DNA of 63,088 nucleotides, counting the filler, from Bilabrum cf. latius (Eukaryota): NCBI GenBank assembly GCA_965178125.1. It is 3 parts of 3 records of this genome, joined end to end, with 100 filler letters (N's around TTAATTAATTAA, not from the genome) between each part and the next. Parts side by side here need not be neighbours in the genome. Positions count along the whole stretch, not along the records: positions 44,499 to 63,088 come from CBCXTV010000051.1; 2 more parts are not named here. One strand, written 5' to 3'. Shown piece by piece: positions 56,106 through 63,088 of this stretch. Every line of letters begins with the position of its first letter. Positions within the stretch are counted from its first letter, which is position 1. Below the pieces are notes generated by a model. The model was not told where the DNA came from and made no database searches. It was given only the letters and a program-made list of their open reading frames with translations. The translations under genes and the position numbers were made by a program.

Positions 56106-59100
56106 CGTACTTGATCATGTACCTCATGGCTGGGCCGCCCGCAACATCGACGCTTGCCGCCGCGCCGGCGTGCTCCGCCGGGGCGTCGACCTCGGAAAGT
56201 GTTTCGGTACGCAAAAAGCGGTCACATGGGAGGCCCGGAAAGCATGGCATCACCCTTGCCGTCCACATCACTGCGTCGTGGGATGCTGCTCAAGATAACT
56301 CGGCGTCTGTTTAGTCGAGGGCTGTCTTGACTAGGAATGTGGCGGTGAAATCCAGGAGTTCCGTCTGCATCGTCAGGCTCTTGCCTTTCTGTACCATATC
56401 AAGAGGAGAGGGAAGACATGCAAAACCGACCCGCCACTAATTCTATCCTACGGCCAAGCCACCTGCGGCGTCCGCGCGACTGGGCGTGCACGAAAACCGG
56501 CGCACTGCATTGCTTAAAGTGCCACGCTCCCAAGCGAAGTAGTATTGGTGCGCTTGCAGCGGCACTTATCGGTGCGCCGGAGGTCACCACACGAGCATGT
56601 CGGCCGGCAGCTCGCAAACTCCACCTACGTGCTGGGAGTGGCACATTCTACTGCTTGAAGTGCCACACTGCCGAGCGAAGGAAGCACCTCTTGGTACGCC
56701 CCTCTTGGTACGCTTGCAGCGGCGCTTATCGGTGCGCCGTGGGGAACGGCTCGCGTGGGATTCGGAGGCGTACCCGGCCCACGACGGGAAGAGTTCCCCA
56801 GTTACGTCTGGAGTGATTGGGGGACAAGGTGGGCATCAAGTCGGCGCCTCCTAAGCGTATCACAGAGGATGACGAACCGCCCGCCCCGCTTCGATCCCGA
56901 CCTCGAGGTGCACTCGAAATCAAGGCGGAACGCTGGAAATCCGCCCCCGAAACCCTCCATGTTTGTTGACAAGGACCCAGGCTGCGCTCCGACAAGCTGA
57001 CAAACTTCGTCAGCTTCCGAAGGGTCTTCATTAAATATTCAACGCTTCGGGGTCAATGAGGTAATGCACTACCAAAGAGCAGCTGGGCCGTGTGTCGTCC
57101 GAGATGACAAAGATCGTGGGCATCATCGATCCAGAGGGCGTCAAAGGCACGGACGGCGCGGGCGACATTGACCCCGACGAGCTGGAGGTCCTGGACCGCG
57201 TCTGGACGCCCCATCCGGAAGTATTCCTAAGCGCTCCCGACGGACGAGACCTTCTCTGTCTGAAATCAGGCACCCAACCCTTCCGCACAAGGTGAAGAGA
57301 GAACGCCGACGGACAATATCCTCTCTTTTGCACATCGGGCATCCAACCCCTCCGCACAGGTGAGCAAGCAACGAGTTCCCTTCTCGCGACGTCCGGATCC
57401 ATTTTGAAGCGTTGGAATTTTCGCGCGCTGAGCAGACCCCAAATTTACGATGAAGAAGCCCAAATCCTGCGTCCATGAAGGCCTTGCGAGGCCGCCTGCT
57501 ATTGGCAGTCGACGCTCCGGGATCCACTGCGCAATGCAGTTTTGCAGAGCGATGCAGTATGCGCGGGAAGACGGCAAAATGGATCCGTATCTTTGGGAAA
57601 AGGTCTGTGCATCGCACAGCTGCCGCACGGAGAGCTGCTTCCGTTCCACGGCTGGTGAGGGCCCGATGCTGCCCTACTCATGCCCCACGGCCACACACTA
57701 AGAGGAACGGATTGTGTCAAGATCCCGCCGCAGCATGGGTACGCGGATCTGCCTCCATAGGGACGGACGGGAGGAGCTGCCGGCGGAGGGCGGGCGGGGG
57801 TCCGGCCAAGCCAAGCGGCCAGGTACTTCACGCTCTGCCCTATGGCGCTGGGTTCTGTGAGGCGGGGCCTATCTGTGATCCTCGGCTCTGTGAAGGTGCG
57901 AAGCGCTATTCACGATTCGACTTCGCCTTACTCCTGGATGAGGCGGCGGAGCTGCGTGCTGGGATCTCTTCCTGTGGCGTCCGAGCGCGATGGCGAGTGC
58001 ACGCTTGGCCGTCATAGAGAAAGGCACGGCGAAGTACCACATCTTCGCCACCCACCACATTTCGCCAAGCACCACCTCGTTGGCAGGCTCCCTCCCGGAG
58101 TAATGGCGGGCTTCGGGAACGCGAAACGCACAAGTTCTCCGGTTTTCCGCGTAAACCCTCCCCGGCAGGCGACACCACTGAAAAAACCCTCCAAGGTCTG
58201 GGCGCGTGTCGCCATGGTGGCGGTGACATGGGCATGGACCTTCCTAATGTGTCATAACCGCGAGCCCCAGGCATCCCACCTCTGTCCCACATGTTTTGCG
58301 GTTTTTGGCGTAAACTTTGTCGGCAGGCGCTCTCATGCACGGCGTTGGCGACGGAGAATGCCGTTCCCACAGAGTGCGCTGCTGACTGCCGAAGCCGAAA
58401 GAGGATCCGCGGAGAAGGAATCTCGCACATGCTCCCAGGAAGAGCAACTCCTCCGGCTTCACGCCCACACATGCTGGACTGGCTCTATCCCCGCCCATTC
58501 CGAATGCAAGAGCGCACTCCCGCCCTTTCCGAGATCGAGAGTGGTGATGGCACGTTACGTTACGGTGGAGCTCAGAGTCATTTGTGTGTTCAACAGAGAC
58601 GCGGCGCTTCGCAAGAGGCTCCTCACGTGCCGGACCACGAGCGTCCTTGGCGCCGTCAGCGTGCCTGCTCTCGGCGTCCCGACACTTATCGGTGCGCCGT
58701 GGGGAACGGCTCGCGTGGGATTCGGAGGCGTACCCGGCCCTTTGAAGCGTTGGAACAATGCGTGCTGCGGGAAACTTTTTAGCACCCAACACTTCGTATC
58801 ACCCGTCACCGAACGGCCGTCATACAGACTCCAGCCAATGACGACCAGGCATGTCGCGAGACCACTATAAAAACCTTCCAAGCTCCGCGGGCGTGTCACA
58901 ATGCTGGCGGTGTCATGGGCATGGACCTCCCCAATCCGGCAGGACCGTGAGCTCCTGGCATCCCACCTCTGTCTTAGAAGTTTTCCGGTTTTTGGCGCAA
59001 ACCTTCTGGAGCAGACGACAGCAGCGAAAGACCCACCCAAGCTCCGCGGGAAGTGTGATACCTCTACGGTTCCGGCATCTACTTGGCCGTGCACATATGC

Positions 59101-59652
59101 AAGGCGATGCACTACACCTGCGCGTCCGGCTGCACCCGCTTGAACGACAGGTTCCTCTCCGTGCAAGTGGTTCCGCGACAACAAGGTCGTGGAAGTGACA
59201 GACTAGGAGAGTACGCCGGGTTCAGATTCACGCCCATCAGGGACAGGTCCGGGTCCCGCGCTCGCGCTACCGCGTGAGGAGGCTATGCGCACGTATGAGG
59301 AGGGGAGAACTTCGTATAATAGTCTCTCGCAGACTCGAACTTTTGGCTCTCACCGAAGGACGGAATGTTAGCCCTCCGCTACTTACGGTGTCTTTAGCTT
59401 CCGCCCTACACGTTCCCCGCCCGTGGTCAAGAGGGAGTTTGTCGAGACACGCACCCGCCCGAGAGCTCCGGTCCTCTAAGCGCTCACGATCTCCCGCCCA
59501 GCGCGGTGCGAGCCCGCTTCACCGGGACTTGTCGCGTGCCTACGGAGGTGTCTTTTCCGAACCTGCCACTGAAGACGTTAGGGAGCGACGGGGAACGGAT
59601 GCACAACGGTATGCCACCCATGTCCTCGAGGAATCCACCAAGACGTTGTGGC

Positions 59653-59773
59653 CCGAGGTAGTGCGATTTTCGGGAGAAGGATTCTTAGTACCTTATAGGG
59701 TACCCCCCAGGATCGCACTACGTGGGTTTGGGGGGTTGGTCTCCTTTCCTCTTGTTTTCGTGTGCACTCTTCT
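59653..59773. repeat. second copy of the stem-loop direct repeat
   Basis: near-identical to 45281-45397. Confidence 0.9.
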
Positions 59774-60042
59774 GCGACCGCCCCCCCCGGGGAACGGATG
59801 CACAACGGTATGCCACCCATGTCCTCGAGAGATCCACCAAGATCCGCACATACCTCTGCGGTGAACAGCACGTTACATGAGACCCTGACCGACCCGAGAG
59901 TCTCTGCCCTCAGTCTCCACGACTTCCCGCAGGATCCGCCCCGCTCCCACCGACGGCTCCTGCCGTACGTACGACGCACCATTTTCAAAAGAGCATTGGC
60001 ACCCGCTCCTCACCTAAGCGACGATACTGTCGCTGCGGTCCC

Positions 60043-61107
60043 TCACGGCACGCTCTCCGGTCCGCCCGGTGCGAACTCAGAGTCGTCGTCTGTCGAAACG
60101 TGGTCGCTGTGGAAGATGTTGCTCTGGCCGTCTGAGGACACGGCATCCTGCCAGTATCGACGCAACTGCTCCGCCACGTCCATGGCCGCATGGGAGCTCA
60201 GCGGGATCTGCTCGAAGAGAGCGTTACTGTCGTGCACTGCAAACAGCCTGGCCGCGACGCGATCTTGATGGCAAATTTCGAGTGTGGCGCGGATCCGGAA
60301 ACAGTAGCCGTCCGGAAAGTTGCCCTGCATCAACTGGTCCTCCACCGCACACTGCGTGCACCAAATAGACCGCTCGGTACGTCGTATGTAGCCGGGCCAC
60401 AGGGAATGCAGCAACGAGTACTGAGCCCGACGCAAGCTCTTCGGGTTGAAGCTGTCCGCCTGCTTGACCCGACTGCAGGCCTGGCACTTGAGGTTGGTGA
60501 TCACGGCCGACTGCTCCCCAGCCAAATACCAGATCGTACGCGAGCGCAGCCTACGAGGAATCCACTGGCCCGACTTCCGGGGCACGACCATCGCCAAGAG
60601 CTTCGACTGCGGCGCGTCGATCTGCACCCTCGACCCGCAATCGCTGAGCGTAATGGCGTCGTCGAACACCCACGTGCCGCCCCAAGCATGACGCCTGCGC
60701 TGCTGCCGGGAGCTCGGGTTCGGTACCTCGCGAGGCCTGTCGGAAGGGGGGTCCGTCGGCTGCGGTGGTGTCGGATACCAGGAGAGAGCGGTCCACGGAT
60801 TGATGCACGTGGACGTTGCCGCCTCGCGCGTCGCCGGAGTGGCTGAGCTGTCTGGTCGACGAAACGGTGGCGCCCACGCCGTGCAGGCCGCCACCTGCGC
60901 GGGCACATCGGGCAAGAATGCGCCTGCAGGTTCACGTGGCCGAGGTCGGGGAAGCTTCGTCGGGGTCAGGGATCCCATCGAGGAAGCCGCGTTCGCCGCT
61001 GGGATGGTCGTGCTCGAGGTTGACGAAGTCGCGTTCGCCCCTGACATGGTCGTGGTCGAGGTCACGGCATGGCCGCCGAGGGGTGAGCGCGATCGCGGGG
61101 GGTCCAT
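60043..61107 (-). CDS. 354-aa protein with a CxxC..F..CxxC zinc ribbon (Stc1-like pattern); start overlaps the transposase stop
   Basis: KCQACSRVKQADSFNPKSLR..WCTQC; ATG at 61107. Confidence 0.55.
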   Translation of the reverse strand: MDPPRSRSPLGGHAVTSTTTMSGANATSSTSSTTIPAANAASSMGSLTPTKLPRPRPREPAGAFLPDVPAQVAACTAWAPPFRRPDSSATPATREAATSTCINPWTALSWYPTPPQPTDPPSDRPREVPNPSSRQQRRRHAWGGTWVFDDAITLSDCGSRVQIDAPQSKLLAMVVPRKSGQWIPRRLRSRTIWYLAGEQSAVITNLKCQACSRVKQADSFNPKSLRRAQYSLLHSLWPGYIRRTERSIWCTQCAVEDQLMQGNFPDGYCFRIRATLEICHQDRVAARLFAVHDSNALFEQIPLSSHAAMDVAEQLRRYWQDAVSSDGQSNIFHSDHVSTDDDSEFAPGGPESVP

Positions 61108-62699
61108 CCGTTTAGTCTGCGGCCACGAGGCACGCGGCGAGCGTTACCACCGTGGACGCCTCCGTCGACCCCGTGTCCGGACGCGACTGGGGCCCTGTTG
61201 ATGAGCGCATCGTGCGGGAGAGGCTGCTGCGGACTGCTGATGAAGCGGAGCTGGTCGACAGACGGAGCATCGCTGGAGATGTCCTCCATGTCACACTCAA
61301 ACAAGCGCCGTAGGGTCGAATGCAAGCGGCGCCTGCCGCTGGTAATGCCTGTCATATCGAAAGCGCCTTGCCACGAGCCAGACGAGAGCACTCTCTTCGT
61401 GCACTCAGCGACAACCCTGAGATGGCAAGAGACATCGACATGACCCGCTTCATGACGCGAGCGCTCCTGCATCCACGTCTCCCGAAGGTCGCGCTTAAGA
61501 AGCTGAAAGACGAGAACGTCCAACGGCTGAAGCAAGAAGGTGAGTCGACCAGGAATAAACACGAGATCCATGCCAAGGCCGTGTGCGAAGTTCACAATCT
61601 CAGTGGAAATGTGTTGGGGCGCGCAGTCAAGTATCACTATTGGATAGATCTCATGCTGAATGTCCATCCAAGAAGCGAAAAGCCGACGCAGAATGTCGAA
61701 CATGAGGGACTGCGTCACCCACGAGCTCTCTCGGGCCCAGACTTCCATTCCGTCCACCATTTGGTTCGACGCCCCACGCATCAAGCGCTTGCTCAGCCGC
61801 GTGTGCTTCCCGATGAGTATACGCGGGAGTCGTCGCTGGATTTCCGGGCAGTCGCTAATGAAACCCAGAAAGGTGTACGATCCTCGATTGCTATTCGAGG
61901 CGAGGCGCTCCGTGCGCGAACCAAGCGAAGCGGGCTCCGTTCCTGACCTCGGTGCGATGTACCCGCGCATTCCCGGAAAGGCAAAGGGCACGCTGGACTC
62001 ATCGAAGTTCACAAAGACGAGGCGGCGGTTGCGGGGCACTCGCGCTTCTGCGAATTCAATCCACTGATAGAAGACACGACACGCGAGTCTGACGTAATCG
62101 AGTGTTACCGGGGGCTGCTTCTTCAATCGGCCATGCCGAAGCCGCCAACGACGACGGAAGCGCAGGAGCCACTGCCGTCGAGCCGAATCCTTCCCCGCGC
62201 GAACGCCCATCCTCGCAAGCATGGCGAAAACCATGTTCCCAGTTGGAGCACACCCACGCTGCTCGTTCACATGGTCGATCCAAGCAACGACAGAAGCCTC
62301 GGCGAGAAAGGTCTCCGCGCGTGCCACGGACTCTCGATGACATGAGCGAAGAGGATTTCGCTGCCACGCCTCAGCTGGGCGCCTCATGGTGAGCGCGACC
62401 TCCTCATCGACCTGCCTTTGAAACTCCTCCTGCGAAGCCGTCCGCGTGGAAACCTGTCGACTCTGCAACTGACGAGAGACATAGGTTCGAAGAGCTGCCT
62501 CGCCACCTCCGGGGTGATGACGAATAACCTCAGCGACCTGTGCCTCCATGGCGCGCAACCACGGATGGCGCAGCCCATTGCGCGCCCGTTGTCTCGCGTC
62601 TCTGAGACACTTCAGCTCCTTACTGATCCGTGCGAGCTGATCCGGCACCGAAGCAGAGGACATCATGACGCGTGAGGAACCGGGCAGAAGATCGCTCAC
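61062..62699 (-). CDS. intact intronless pogo-like DD35D transposase, ~535-545 aa
   Basis: WLLRFRRRW (CENP-B-type HTH end), FVNFDESS, VILDCAPQH, LQPLDVLVF; 35 residues between D2 and D3. Confidence 0.92.
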   Translation of the reverse strand: MSDLLPGSSRVMMSSASVPDQLARISKELKCLRDARQRARNGLRHPWLRAMEAQVAEVIRHHPGGGEAALRTYVSRQLQSRQVSTRTASQEEFQRQVDEEVALTMRRPAEAWQRNPLRSCHRESVARAETFLAEASVVAWIDHVNEQRGCAPTGNMVFAMLARMGVRAGKDSARRQWLLRFRRRWRLRHGRLKKQPPVTLDYVRLACRVFYQWIEFAEARVPRNRRLVFVNFDESSVPFAFPGMRGYIAPRSGTEPASLGSRTERLASNSNRGSYTFLGFISDCPEIQRRLPRILIGKHTRLSKRLMRGASNQMVDGMEVWARESSWVTQSLMFDILRRLFASWMDIQHEIYPIVILDCAPQHISTEIVNFAHGLGMDLVFIPGRLTFLLQPLDVLVFQLLKRDLRETWMQERSRHEAGHVDVSCHLRVVAECTKRVLSSGSWQGAFDMTGITSGRRRLHSTLRRLFECDMEDISSDAPSVDQLRFISSPQQPLPHDALINRAPVASGHGVDGGVHGGNARRVPRGRRLNGWTPRDRAHPSAAMP

Positions 62700-63088
62700 A
62701 GCCGAAACGACGCGGACGGACCCGCTGCCAAGCTTCGCACTGCCTGTGGCCTCTGAAGATACCCGGGAGGGATAGGACGCAGGCGGGGAGCGAGAGCAAG
62801 CGAATGCCTTCCTGTCGCTGGAGGAGTGCTCAAAGCTGAAGACGCGCGGGAAGCACCCGCTCTGCTGCGGTCACACTGGCGCAAGCGAGACAAAACCAGG
62901 GAGAGGGATAGACACGTGCACAGCATTGAATACACCTCGCAGCATTGCGAGCGCGGTTTCTCGCCTGCGCTGAGCTGCCACTCTGCTCTCGTGCGGACGA
63001 CATTGGCAACGGCAGCGCGTAGCTGCCAACTGGCCGTGCACGGGTACTGTATCGGCCACGGCAGCGCTGAGCTGCCAATTTCGGGTCG

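Overview
Eukaryotic, GC-rich, almost entirely mobile-element DNA. The host is probably a dinoflagellate, inferred from the copia style and AG|G splice junctions and not proven. Two artificial N44-TTAATTAATTAA-N44 linkers (22585-22684, 44399-44498) split the window into three contigs, so adjacency across them means nothing. Contig 1 holds a frameshifted Ty1/copia element (CCCH-finger gag, protease, integrase, RT, RNase H). It is cut at 4817 by a ~16.8-kb element with bipartite terminal inverted repeats. That element encodes a 1380-aa hAT-like DDE transposase, a polyQ protein and a coiled-coil/cupin-like protein, and is saturated with a strand-biased GGYCAR motif and 11-bp ATATCAACACC arrays. 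Contig 2 is about two head-to-tail copies of an ~11.1-kb unit with co-oriented minus-strand genes: a pogo-like DD35D transposase with a hairpin intron, a small basic coiled-coil protein, an origin-like stem-loop with iterons, a geminivirus-Rep-like SF3 helicase, and an ADP-ribosyltransferase-like gene. Contig 3 shows the same module set in a diverged element (stem-loop and iterons, HUH-like relic, coiled-coil gene, intact DD35D transposase). It also carries a GT25/fucosyltransferase-like fusion gene and a scrambled mosaic of duplicated fragments. The best candidates for undescribed systems are this composite Rep + pogo element family and the giant motif-marked hAT-like transposon.
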